A stretch of 62,000 nucleotides of DNA from Wallemia ichthyophaga EXF-994 (Eukaryota; Fungi; Basidiomycota), in the NCBI RefSeq assembly GCF_000400465.1, contig NW_008806279.1:236107-298106 (forward strand). The letters run 5' to 3'. Shown piece by piece: positions 36,901 through 49,117 of the stretch; the first letter of the stretch is position 1; each line of letters starts with the position of its first letter. A program made the position numbers and the translations under genes. The notes beneath the pieces were generated by a model that did not search any database, had not been told where the DNA came from, and was given only the letters and a program-made list of their open reading frames with translations.

Positions 36901-36990
36901 TTCACGCCCAGATCTGTGGTAGTCTGGCTCGCCATCTCTATCGCGGCGGTATCTTTTATTTGATTCAGGCGATGAAGTACGAGCTGGCAT
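33969..36990 (-). CDS. PRP5: DEAD-box pre-mRNA splicing helicase Prp5/DDX46
   Basis: RD/RE-rich N-terminus; [31 protein letters not shown] and the DPLDAFM motif. C-terminal KH-like exon ends GRYSVL, stop 33969-33971. Confidence 0.96.
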
Positions 36991-37848
36991 CGATTTACCT
37001 GTTTGAGCAGATGACGGTAGTTGGTCAAGAAGCGAATACACATTAAATTCCAGCGACTTGTAATGCTGTGAATGCTTATTGGGATTATTATTCAATTCAG
37101 GCTTACTGAGGTTGATTACACGTTGCGCATCTCTTAGCGTCTTACCATCATGTGGATTTTAAGTGTAATATGGCTTGGAGATATATGTAGCTAGATTTAG
37201 TGGTTTATCGGATAGCAGTCACGTAATCAGTTCTTTATTCTGTGAAGAAACCACCTCAGAAGACCAAATGAAACCAGGCCATTACATGATTTTTTTAGTT
37301 GATTGATATTTTATAATCTCCCACATACATCTTATATCTCCCCCAAAAGCCCCCACTTGAAAATCTTTGCACCTGCTTTTCACATTGATTTTCACTATGT
37401 TAATATTACGCCTGCAAAAATTTTGAAAGTATGTTTATACGCGTCTGTAGAGTATTGGTTATGTGGCGAGAGTACTTCTCATGTATTTCTTAGTGCGTGT
37501 GTGACATATAGCCCGAAATACATCTAGAGAAAGACTTCCTAGCGACGCGAAAAGAGCTTTAAGTGAGCTTCAAAGTCTTTGGATATAAGCGTGCTTCTAT
37601 TGGCACCAATTAAAAGACCTCGTGACCTCCCCTTTATCCCACCACAACCTGCTGGATGGCGTTATTAAAATTTAACTAAACAAATTTTGCAAAATATTTT
37701 CTTAAAAATACAAATCATTTAGATTCTTAACCCCTGTACCACACCTCAATCCGCCATCGCTCGATTTTACAATTTTCATGAAATCTCGCGGCTGCAAAAA
37801 AATTCATCTCTCTCAACTCAACTATCAAAGAAAGAGCGCCGGTGCGAA

Positions 37849-39346
37849 ATGGACGATCAGCTGCAATATTTTGAACAGTTAAATAGCTTTCAAGTCGCGA
37901 ATCCACGCTGCCATTCGTGCTCAAAGGCTTTCGTCAATGAAGGCGATCTTCGAGCGCATCTGCGAGAGGAATGTACAGAGACTATGCCAATTGCAGAGAT
38001 TGATTATTTGAGAAGTTGGTCGCTGTTTTAGTCAAGTTTTTTACTCATTACGTATCTTAGGCGCGAGCAACGACATCGCCGTATCTCAGAACCTTTGGTA
38101 TGGTGACCAAAATTCAAATGCCAATGAAAGACAGCAAAATACTTTTTCTGTTCACGCTGAACCCTCCCATCACCTTCTCAACGATGTCCACGATATTAAA
38201 GAGAACGGCAGTGAAGAAGACGCTGCTTATGATGAAGACGGCGTAGGCGACGATTCCATGTCCGCTCTTCCACCAGCCATGAGGCCTACCGTTGCTCCTA
38301 TTTTCCAAGACCAGACTCTGGGATTCAGGATGATTGAGTCTCCAGACACTCAGATCAAGGGCGAGAACATGATGGCTAGGAGATCAAATTTCCCTGCTTA
38401 CGATGAGTCTAAGTACAATACCGCTGAGGAGGCAATGGCCCATGCACTCTCCCAGGTTCCAGACCAGGCTGATCCCCGTCCTTTCAAATGTCCAAACCCA
38501 GAGTGCTCAAAGACTTGGAAAAATAGGAATGGCTTGAAGTACCATATCAATCACGGCAACTGCAACGGTGTACTCAAAACTCTCAGTCGCGACGAAGCTG
38601 CTGTTTCAGAACGTCCATATGCTTGTCCAGTCCCTGGTTGCAACAAGCGCTGGAAGAACGCCAACGGCTTCAGATACCACATGGATCACTCAGGCGCACA
38701 CGGAAGATCAGCTAGGAGGTTGCATGAGGCGTCAGGCGGTTTTGCTGGCAAGTCCAATTTGCAATCAGTCTCAACGCCACAACCAAAGCAACCAAAGGGT
38801 ACGCGTCGCTCTTCTAGACGCTCCTCCAGGCGTATTCAATATGATGAAGATGAAGAGGCTGCCGACGACGACGATGTGGAAGAAGAAGATGATTATGGTG
38901 ACGAAGAAGATGACGATGATGATGATGACGATGTTGAAGAAGAGGACGATGCGTATGGGTATCCGGATGATAATGTTCCATTCAATGTACCCGAGCCATC
39001 GACATCTGCCTTGCCACATCCCAACCAAGATCAAATACATTTCCCTCCCTCAATGCAGCATCATGGAAGTGAGATTAGCAATGCAAAATCATTCCCTACC
39101 ATTGATAGGGGATACGCTAATGACAATGGAGATGGCAAATCATTCGAAGTAAACCCAGTGAATCCGTTGCCGTCATTCGAGCCAACACCTGATCATGGCC
39201 CAGTGAATCAATTGCCATCATTTGAACAAACGTCTCATCAAGGTTCAGTGATACATGACCAGTCGCAACTTGACTCGCTGGATTTCTCAGCTGTTGACGA
39301 AGCCAGCATAATGAACTCAAAGCAACCCGAAGAATCAGTAAATTAA
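37849..39346 (+). CDS. Sfp1-like split C2H2 zinc-finger transcription factor
   Basis: One intron (GTTGGT..TAG) joins ORF 37849 in frame to 38258. Fingers PFKCPNPECSKTWKNRNGLKYH and PYACPVPGCNKRWKNANGFRYH resemble the Sfp1 KNxNGLKYH fingers. Confidence 0.7.
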
Positions 39347-39431
39347 ATGAGCGCAACTTGCATTAAAAGGTCCTCAAACTTCTTTCCTAAATACTTGTAT
39401 TACAAATGTATTTTTGTTGTATGACAATCGC

Positions 39432-40249
39432 CTAGTTTATCCTAGAATATTCTATTATGTCTATAGTAGCTTTGCTGAGTATTTCGTCTACGTCTAGCTT
39501 GGTAGAGTCGTAGATGTGGATGTCTCGCACGTATGGCGTTGGAACACCAGCTTCTGGATCGCCATTAACAAAGACATCTTTGTGAGCTTTGATGCTGGTA
39601 TTTCTGGTGAGGCGGTGTGTTTTACGATTTCGCATCACTTACTACGCTGGCCAGACAATATCGTCGAAATAAAAAGGCGGATCTATCCACACATCGCCTT
39701 CTTTAGCCAGTTAGCTCGTTGAATGCGGACGCAGAGCAACGCACCAGCTGTAGCATAGCCCTCTCTAAGCGATCTGCGGTGCTTGAGGGTGCCTTTATCT
39801 GCGTTGAGAAATATCCGCACATCCAACAAATCGAGTACCGTTTTGTTATAGAAGCAGAGGAATCCATCTAAGAGTGCGTAGACGACATCATCGGACATCT
39901 CCTTGGCTTTCTTCTGCAGTGCTATCTCTTTAGCGTTGAGCTCGTTGCTTACTAGATTAGTCTGCGAAGGCGGGTGCAAGTGATCGTGCGATTTGTGGGA
40001 AGTTGGCAGCATTCCCTGTGCTTTGACATGCTGCAACACCTCAATCAATCTATCCCATTCAATTGAACTATCTGGATCATCCCAGTTCTGCACATTGTGC
40101 GTGGGATCTACGGGAATTTGCTCATTTGGTGGTGCGAAATCGTCCTGATGGATTATGAACGACTGGGGAAGCACGTTGAGCAGCTTCTTAGATAGCGTCG
40201 TCTTCCCCGATGAAGAGCTACCGCCTACGCCGACTAGAATTATTTTCAT
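39432..40249 (-). CDS. NRK1: Nicotinamide riboside kinase
   Basis: P-loop GGSSSSGKTT, IIHQDDF, NWDDP and spliced WIDPPFYFDDIVWPAY; two introns. Confidence 0.9.
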
Positions 40250-40564
40250 GGTGGTGATGGAAGTTGATATGATAACGAATCCACAATCGCGGTGGGATTA
40301 TCACGTGGCTCATTTGTGTACCCTTCCATATTTACGCACTCTAATCTGTGACTTATTTAACCATAATGTCAAGGTGCGCTGCTTTGTTTCTGCTCACAGA
40401 TCTGCAGCGATGCCAAGTCAATTGAGATTTTGCTGTGAATTAGTGTAAAAATACAAAGTGTATATTCCTGCCATGCTATTTACCTTGTTAATGCGCTTTT
40501 TGTTTGTGTTTTCGGGTACTTCCAAGCATGTGTTTCTCTTCAGCTGTATCAGCTATCATAAGAA

Positions 40565-42580
40565 ATGAATACATCCGCAAAAGTACTGTTGATATCGCTG
40601 ACGGTACTAATCTGCGGCTTACTGTACACCCAAAACTCCCCGCAAGTTTTCGACTATGTAGGTTGGCTATTTGCAACGCTATTCGTCGTATCTCATCGCG
40701 TGCCATTGGATAGGTGGTTGTCGGAGGAGGCACATCGGGGCTCGTAGTAGCCAACAGACTCGTGAAGCGTGGCGCTTCAGTTCTCGTACTCGAAGCAGGT
40801 CCTGATTCTGCGCACCGTGACGCGGTGAATGTTGCAGGCATGTTCGGCTCAACGCTGAATTCCGACATCGATTGGAAATATGACTTGGGTTTGAGCATCC
40901 CAATGCCGCGTGGGCGCACTCTAGGTGGTAGCAGTGCTGTAAACTTCCTGTAGGCACGGCGTGCACTCCAACTCCAACACCCCTCGCTCACATCACACAT
41001 CATACTTCAGATTGTGGAATAGACCGGCAGACATTGAAATAGACGCTTGGGAGGAGATGGGCGCTGTAGGCTGGAATTGGGATAGCCTTCTCGAGGCGAT
41101 GAAACAAATTGAGACATTTCACCCTCCCTCCGAACAGATTAGCAAACTGTTTGGGCTGGACGAGCAAGTGGATTCGCAGCACTTCGGCTCTTACGGCGGA
41201 ATTCATCTGAGCTACCCACGCTTTGCAACAGAGGTAGATAAAAAGTGGCTGGAGTCAATGAAGAGATTGGGAAATCCCTCTAACGTGAACTCAGCCAGTG
41301 GTGATAATGTTGGAGCAACTGTGTCACCTATTACAATGGACCCTAGCGACTTTTCAAGATCATACTCCGCATCTGCGTTCCTCAAACCTGTGCGACACAT
41401 GTCCAATCTGACAGTGTTGGATGGTGCGACCGTGTCTCGGATCCTCACCGAAAAAAATTCTGACGGTTCAGTTAGGGCTACTGGGGTAGAGTATATACAC
41501 AAAGGGAAGCTGCTCAATGTTGGCGTGCGCAATAAGGCGGTGTTAGCGGCGGGGGCTATTTCAACACCGCAGGTATTGGAGCTGAGTGGTATTGGAGACA
41601 GAGGGATACTAGAGAAATATGGAATCGAAACGGTAATGCATCAGCCTAATGTGGGAAAAAACTTCCAAGACCACACATACTCAACCTCTGTATTCGAATT
41701 AGACAACTCGGTGCGGAGTATTGGTTTAGTGTGAGGGATGCATATGGCTTCAGAACGCCACTGACTAGCGCACAGACACTCCGACCCATCGATAGCATTG
41801 GAAGAACTCACCAAACTGCGCTCAAAGGAGCTCTCTCTTCTCGAGCAGGCCAATGTTTGCGTTGCGTATCTCACACCTGAACAGATACTGGACGACGACG
41901 ACAAACGGCTGCTATCTGAGCTGATGAAGGAGATGGAGACATACCAGGGCGAATACAAAGAACAATACGAGAAGCAGCTGGAATACCTTAGAAGCGGGAA
42001 AGTGACGCAGAGTGAATACATCAATGTCGGGTTCTTCGCTGATGTGCACCATGCTCCAGAAGCTAACAAGACGTATGCCACACTACTTGCAGCCAACCAG
42101 CACGCATTTGCGAGAGGTAGTGTGCACATAAAGAGCACCGACCCATATACACAACCTCATATCGATCATCAGTATCTCTCACAACCTATCGACGTGCTAC
42201 TACAAAAAGCTGCGTTGAAGTACACGCGCAAGATAGCTGGTCAGTCTCCACTGAGCGAGTTGGTGAAGAGGGAGGTCATACCAGGACCGCAAGTAACCAG
42301 TAATGCAGAATGGGAGGCGTTTGTGAGGGAAAAGGTAACTGGAGAGTATCATCCTATAGGCACTGCGAAGATGGGCAGAGTAGAGGATGGGGCAGTTGTG
42401 GATAGCAAATTGAAGGTGCATGGTACGGAGAACATACATATTGTGAGTAGATGCTTACTATCTCCTTGTAAAATGCCTGACTCGTCATAGGTTGATGCGA
42501 GTGTGATACCACTACACGTTTCTGCGCACATCCAATCGGTAGTCTACGCTATAGCGAGCAGGAGCACACTATACCTCTAA
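40565..42580 (+). CDS. Secreted/membrane-anchored GMC oxidoreductase (AA3_2-like)
   Basis: N-terminal hydrophobic segment; DYVVVGGGTSG FAD motif, GRTLGGSSAVN, PQVLELSGIG, and catalytic EYHPIG and SAHIQ His/His pair; four introns. Confidence 0.9.
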
Positions 42581-43046
42581 TTGAGAATTAAATCATTTAA
42601 ATTTGGCGCATAAATTATACTACCGAGATACTGATAACAAATTACCAATATGGAAAGAGCGCCGGATGTGTGTGCGAGCGTACGAGCGTGTATAGATGTC
42701 AGAATGCGTGTGTAAACTATGCAGTATCTCCAAGCACCCCTGGCTCCATCTATTACACCATTATTTAAGCGACCTTCGCTAGCAGACGCATCATTTGCTA
42801 GGCTGAAAAAAATCCGCAAATAGGAGAAGCGTGACCTAGTCTATAATGATCAGCGCGCTCTACACAGCAAGATAGGCTATGCGTAGAGGGCCTCAGATGG
42901 CAAATTTTATCTGCCAGTGACTCCGTTGTTCCTTAAGTGCAAAAACTCTTATCAGAGTGTTGCGCCTATACGACCAAATCGGATCGAGTAAACGAGTGCT
43001 CTAAAATAATCAGCGCTTAAAAACACTTGTGATAGACTAGAAAGAA

Positions 43047-45021
43047 ATGCTGCACGACGAGGAGAAGATCGTTGGTTTGTCCAGCGCCAATCCCAAAATA
43101 GACGACAAGAAGGAGACGTCTTTTTCGACGCCGGATGTCAGCAATGCCCCAGAAACATACGATCCCTCCCAAGAATCCATCTGGACGAGACTCGGTCTGT
43201 CGTTCAACTCGTTCAGGAGTGTCAGTGGCTCTTTGTACTCTTGGCTCATTTCTGATTTCTCTGCAGGCCCCTGCGACCACTGCCCGTGTGGCTGTTGCTA
43301 CCGATTCTGGTGATATTGCTCAAGAAGAAATTGAAGGTGCAGCGTCGGACGGTGTCTTACAGAAAAATATCCCTGGCAGATCTCTACAGATGATTGCTGT
43401 CGGGTGGGTGAAGCGTTGAGCTTAATAGTATTTTCTAACGCTCCCGCAGTGGATCTATTGGTACCGGATTGTTTATTAGCACAGGTGGTGCTTTGGCTAA
43501 CGTGGGTTGAGTCGCGGATATCAATAGCACGCCCTAACAAACTCACAGGGTGGCCCAGTCTCTATGATTATCGGTTGGCTCATCATGTCTGTCACGCTGT
43601 TCTGCGTTGTCAACGCTATCGGTGAACTCGCAATATTATACCCAGCTGAAGGTGGTTTCTATGCTATGGCAAATAGGTTTATAGATGAGAATGTCGGTTA
43701 TGCTATGGGCATGCTCTATGCTCTCCAATGGGTCGTCGTCCTTCCGCTCGAACTCACAGCGATCGCGCAGACGATACAGTACTGGGATGGCAATATATTT
43801 GATATATACACATCGAACGCTGTCTGGATAAGTGTCTTTTTCGTTGTCGTCATCGTTATCAACATCTTCGGCAATAAGGCTTATGCAGAAGAGGAATTTT
43901 GGTCGGCTATCATTAAAGTTGCTGTCATTCTACTCTTCATCATCTCAGGAATCGTCTTCAACTGCGGTGGTGGTCCTGACTCTGGTGATTACAACAATTA
44001 CCTCGGCGGTGAGTACTACCATCGACCAGGGTTGCACAACGGTATAGCGAATGGTTTCAAGGGCGTCTGCAGTGTTTTCGTTGCAGCTGGTTTCTCATTT
44101 GCTGGCTCAGAGCTTGTCGGTATCGCCGTTTCAGAAGTCAAGGATCCTGTTAAGGTGATGCCATCAGCAATCAAGGCCGTCATATGGAGAATTTTCATCA
44201 TCTTCTTCGTATCTGTCATCATCATAGGATTAAATGTCCCATACGACGATTCTAGACTGATGAGTAGCGAAAATCCATCGGCTACCTCCCCATTCGTTAT
44301 CATGATGAGCAAAGCTAGCGTGAACGGATTGGACCACCTCATCAACACTATTATCTTGCTCTCATGCACCTCTATCGCATTGGCGTCTGTTTACGGTGGA
44401 TCCCGTACCATACAAGCTATGGCCCAACAGCGTTTTTTGCCGAGATGGTGTTCTAAGGTTGATAAAGCTGGTAGACCACTGAATGCAGTATTTATCTCGC
44501 TACTCTTCGGCCCACTTGCATATCTAGCCCTGGCTAGCAACGGATCAACGGTTTTGGATTGGCTGATCGCCGTCAGTGCACTGTCGACCTTGTTCACTTG
44601 GTTGTCTATTTGCGTCTGTCACATCAGATTCCGTACTGCTTGGTACAAGCAAGGTCACACTAAAGACGAGATCCCATACCAGAGCGCGTCAGGTATCCTC
44701 GGCAGCTATTTCGCAGGTTTCGTCATTATCCTCATCCTTATTGCACAATTTTACATCGGTGTTTTCCCTATCGGAGAGGGTAGCATGAATGGAATGGAGA
44801 GAGCATCAGAGTTCTTCCAGGCTTATCTTGCTTTGCCCGTCGGATTGCTCTTCTATGGTCAATCTTTCTTCGTAAAGACGTCATGGCCAACGAGGAGTAA
44901 AGATATTGATTTGGATACGGGTAGAAAGGTCTTCCTTACGGCTGACTACCTCAATGCACAACGCCAAGCTCGTAAGAATGCGCCTATTCACAAGCGTATC
45001 TGGCAAATTCTATTCAATTAA
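43047..45021 (+). CDS. APC/YAT family amino acid permease (Gap1-like)
   Basis: LQMIAVGGSIGTGLF (spliced), IGELAILYP, AEEEFW, AGFSFAGSELVG and about 12 TM segments. Confidence 0.93.
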
Positions 45022-45268
45022 TCTCACCTCTATTCCTAAACATCAACAAAATAACTAATTCACATACTCCTGCTTAATCTTGCATCATCGCCAATTCACT
45101 TTCAACCTAGAAGGATTTAATCTCTTTCACGTTCTTTCTGCTTTTGTATACAAGGATTTCTTGTGCTATGCATTCTCACCTCAATCTTCATGACATTTAT
45201 AGGTAGATAGATAAGGATGTGGTATCGACAAACAAACAATACAAGCAGCATTGGGGCATTGGACAGGT

Positions 45269-46997
45269 CTAAGCACCATCTACAGTCATAGGCTCAGCCT
45301 GTGCTTCTCCAGACAGCTCCAACGATCGCTCAAAGTATCTGTTAGGATGGTTGACGCTCTCGCCACCGCCCAAACCATCGCCCTTTCTGACACCTTTATT
45401 AGCATGGGTTATTTCGAAGACCCTCGTGCAAGCTACGTGGAAGTGCTGCGCCTTTACAGCACCTGTGATTTCATTTAGATCGTTCGTATCTGTTATACCG
45501 TATGTAGCGCGTAGAGAAGGAACGAGATGATCTAAGGAGAAGTGTCTGAAAGGACAGCCATGATTATCTTGGGGTCCTGGCTGATCCTGTGTGATAATCT
45601 TTTGACATGAACGTGGGGGATACGACTTACGACCACCCTCCAAACCAAAGCTGTGACGAATGTTGTATCGGTATTCCTTGTTGAATTTGTCGTCTGATAT
45701 ATTGGCACCGTAGCTCTTGCGCCAGAACACTATGGCTTCGTCTACACTCAAACCAATACCTTTCAAGAAAAGTGTATACTGCAACCTGCCGAAATGTTTG
45801 AGGTGGTGGGTGTTCTGCAGTCTGTCGTGTAAGCTGCGCATACACATTGGGAAATGCTTCTTGGCTAGCATGTCGATCGACTCGGCTGAGATTTTGCGAT
45901 CTGAGTTGAAGGAAGCGGGGTCGAAAGCTTCAGATGAAAGACCAGCGAGGAATGACAGGGATAGATGCGATAGTACTGGTAGCAGTCGACTGTCTTCGTC
46001 GAGACGTGGAAGCGCTTTGGCTGTGAACTGTAAAGCGTCGGTCAAGAATCAAAGATCAAGGGCGCCTCACGTACCTCTAAAGCTTGCTGCAGCTGCGAGG
46101 AGAAAGAGTTGAGGATGAGCGATGTCTGCTCGCGCATTGGCACATAAGCGTATCCTTGCTTCAGGAAGACGCGGCGTCTCTCGACTAGCTCAGGAACTTG
46201 AGTCCATTTGACCTGGGAGCAAAGTGTAAGCAAAGCATAGAGATAAGAAAACCCAGCTGACTTTGTAATAGAGCTCCTTTTCAAACTCAGCTGGTTTGAT
46301 TGCGATACCTGGATTCGAGCTGATAAGGAAAGGTCTCAAGCTCTCCTTCTCGACGTCGTCTACCTGTGGGTCGTTGTGAGGGCTAGGGTTTGTAAAATTC
46401 CCTGACACACCTCCTCCCAATCCACTTTACTCGACTGGCTGCTCTTCATCGAATGCAAGAAGGCGTTCTTCTCAGCCGTCGTAGCGTCATCGAATCTGAT
46501 TCTAAAAAGTGTTGTTTCCGCCTTGACAAACCGCCGCCTAAGTTCCTCAGATCTGCAGAAAGCCAGTCTGAGAACGTAGTGACTGACGTGATCCTTCTTC
46601 CTCTCAGCCTCCAACGTTGCAGTTCTAGTGTAATTGGTAGAAAGACTGAGCAGCTTAGCAGACTGGCTCTTAATCACAGCCTTTGTATCATTGAACGGTC
46701 TATTCCTCACTTGAGAAGCCTCAATTTCAGCGAGGACTGCTGGGCGTGAGAGGAGTGGTATAAGGATAGGGGTGTACGCACTCTTGAGCCTGTCTATAGC
46801 CCAGCTTTCAAATTCTTCCAAACTCACTTCAAGTAGTGGTGCTTGTTGGTAGCTGTACGCGTCGCGTTCAACACGCGTATTGGAATTGGGACAAGCAGCG
46901 CGGCTTACAAATTAAGTCTGTGCTTATAGAGTCCATTGTAGTTGTCTACTTCCAATGCGCCTCCTTTTCTATTCGCTGCCCCGCTTATTGAGTTCAT
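45269..46997 (-). CDS. PRI2: DNA primase large subunit
   Basis: YKHRLNF|YQQAP..SLEEFESWAIDRL, HYVLRLAFC, and four Fe-S cysteines (FPMCM, RSCQK, HGCPF, VACTR); ATG 46997. Confidence 0.95.
46857..46878. promoter_or_regulatory. Two MCB boxes inside PRI2 intron 1
   Basis: ACGCGT at 46857-46862 and 46873-46878, within the first intron. Confidence 0.45.
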
Positions 46998-47061
46998 CTT
47001 CCTGTCTTCGTCGTTGTGCAGCAAGAGATGGGTTCCTGCTCGACGACGACGAGACCGAGAG

Positions 47062-48044
47062 ATGGATAATGAAACTGTCGAAGTCGGAAGCACATTCCCA
47101 GCGCCGCCTTCTTTTTACAAGTATTTTACGCAGCATAATCTCGATTTAGTCGACAGCGTCCCCGCCGATATCCCACCAACGACAGACGGATTCCGGGAGT
47201 GGTACAAGGAGCAGTGCGGCGATGACATAGGCGTTGATCTCAGATATACGCTGTCCAAGCCTCGCGTTGATTGGATTGTCGAAGATGGCTATTACAGTGC
47301 ATACGGGGAAATCTGGCCTGTGGGTGGTGTTGCTGCGATGCGTATCTGCGTATGTGCTAAACCACTTCCAGCTCAAAGAGAGTCTGCCTTCTTTGAAGGA
47401 TAGCGGCGTCAAGCAGCTCTACCCAGATGATACGACTGGTGGGCTTCTTTTTCACTCGTTGTAGCTCTCTAATTGGAAGCAGATAAGAGACCAGCATTAC
47501 ATGCACTTCTGCGGACTATCCTGATTACACACTTGGATATCACCAAAGAACTCACAGCTCCACCTCCTCCAATCGACGCTGATCCGTTATCGAGACTGAG
47601 GGATAAGGTGGGTTTTTTACACAGAACGTTCATCAGACAACACCCCAACACTATTCTTTACTCAGATTGAGCACATTAGGCTGACTGGTATCAACATGCA
47701 TCATATCATCAACGAGCTTCGTCCGATGCAGGTGAGCTATCTTAATCTTTCTCAACACATATTCACAATCTTTGCAGGCCAGAGAGACTCTTTCCCATCT
47801 ACAGCAACAGCAGCAGGACAAACGCAAAGCCAAGACGGAGGAAATCAAAGCAAAGCATCAGGAAATAAGGGATAAGATGGCAGAAATACAGCAGTCATCA
47901 GCTGCTGTGATAGAAAGGGTGACTAAGAGGGTCAAGGAATCTCAAGTTCACTGCAATCACGCCGACAATCAAATGGACGTGGACAAAGACAAAGCAAATG
48001 TATCGCATCAACAGCTACTTTTAGAACTCATTAACGACTTGTAA
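47062..48044 (+). CDS. MED7: Mediator subunit 7
   Basis: STFPAPPSFYKYFT N-terminus and spliced INMHHIINELRPMQARETL motif; multi-exon. Confidence 0.9.
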
Positions 48045-48097
48045 TATCAAAATATGCATAGATTCTGTACTAATGGACATTAAGCCTGGCGTACCGC

Positions 48098-48126
48098 TGA
48101 GAATAGATGAGAATAGATGAGAATAG
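48098..48126 (+). repeat. Short tandem repeat (TGAGAATAGA) x~3
   Basis: Seen in the convergent 3' spacer between MED7 and NIF3. Confidence 0.8.
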
Positions 48127-48160
48127 CCTGATTGTACTCAGGACACGCAATCCTTCCGGG

Positions 48161-49081
48161 TTATACTGAAACAAGAGGATCCTTGTCTTCGACACAAGTA
48201 GTCACTTTCCACTTCACTGGTTCGAGCTTGGCCTCTTCACGCTCAATTTGGATAGCCTCGGTCAACGCGTCTCTCAGGCTTGTTTGGAGGTATACGCGCT
48301 CAGAGTTGCTGTGATTGAGAAGAATGACAGATGTGCCATTGGCAACAGCTGCAAGAACATCGTGCTGCTAAATGTGAGTGACTTAATAGATGAAAAGATG
48401 GAATCTTACGTGTCCCATTTCACCAGTGACATACAAGTCGACTGAAGGAGCCTTGCTAAGTATAGAGGAACCTGAACCGGCACAAACGGCCACGCTATTG
48501 ATATGTTTCTTACCTCCATCGGCGAATTGAAGTGTGTCTAAATTGAAAACAGACTTTATGTGGTTTATAACCTCCTTTATCCTCATGGGGTTACGATAAG
48601 GATCCTGTGGGGATGCGAATGTGCCGTATCTACCCATTCCAGCATCGTGATGACTGTCTATGGTGGAAGTGGTAGGAATGATTGCGTTTGAAGTCTTGTG
48701 ACCGGTGATAGCAGTGAACATCCAATCATTTACACCGCCCCTGACAGCGTCACAGGCGGTGTGGGGTGAATATACGCTAATTCCATTTGAAATGCACTTG
48801 AGAAGTGTGCGCTGTATTGGATTATCGGTTGTAATGGATTTCAATGGTTTAAAGATGGGTGGGTGGTAACTGACAACGACGGATACGAATGGGTTATCAC
48901 TGATAATCCTATCGAACACTTTCTCTGTTAAATCATTGACGATGACAACATGCTGTCCAGATCCATTACGCTGAGGGGATTCCACAAGGAGACCAACGTT
49001 ATCCCAGCTTTTATCTGCCAACTCCAACGGTGCAATTCTCTGCATCGCCCTTGAAACAATTTTAGCATTCGTTGTCGCCAT
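48161..49081 (-). CDS. NIF3: NIF3/YbgI family protein
   Basis: APLELADKSWDNVGLL, SYHPPIF, YSPHTACD..GGVNDW and spliced TGEMGHHDVL..NHSNSER. Confidence 0.93.
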
Positions 49082-49117
49082 CGTCGTTTCCCTTGAAAAG
49101 TCTTCTTCATTCACGCC

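Noticed and set aside
37100-37720. Long spacer as possible snRNA locus; 8-bp inverted repeat AAAGACTT/AAGTCTTT
   Set aside because: No U1/U2/U4/U5/U6 hallmark sequence seen; the repeat is weak, and long promoters are usual for transcription-factor genes.
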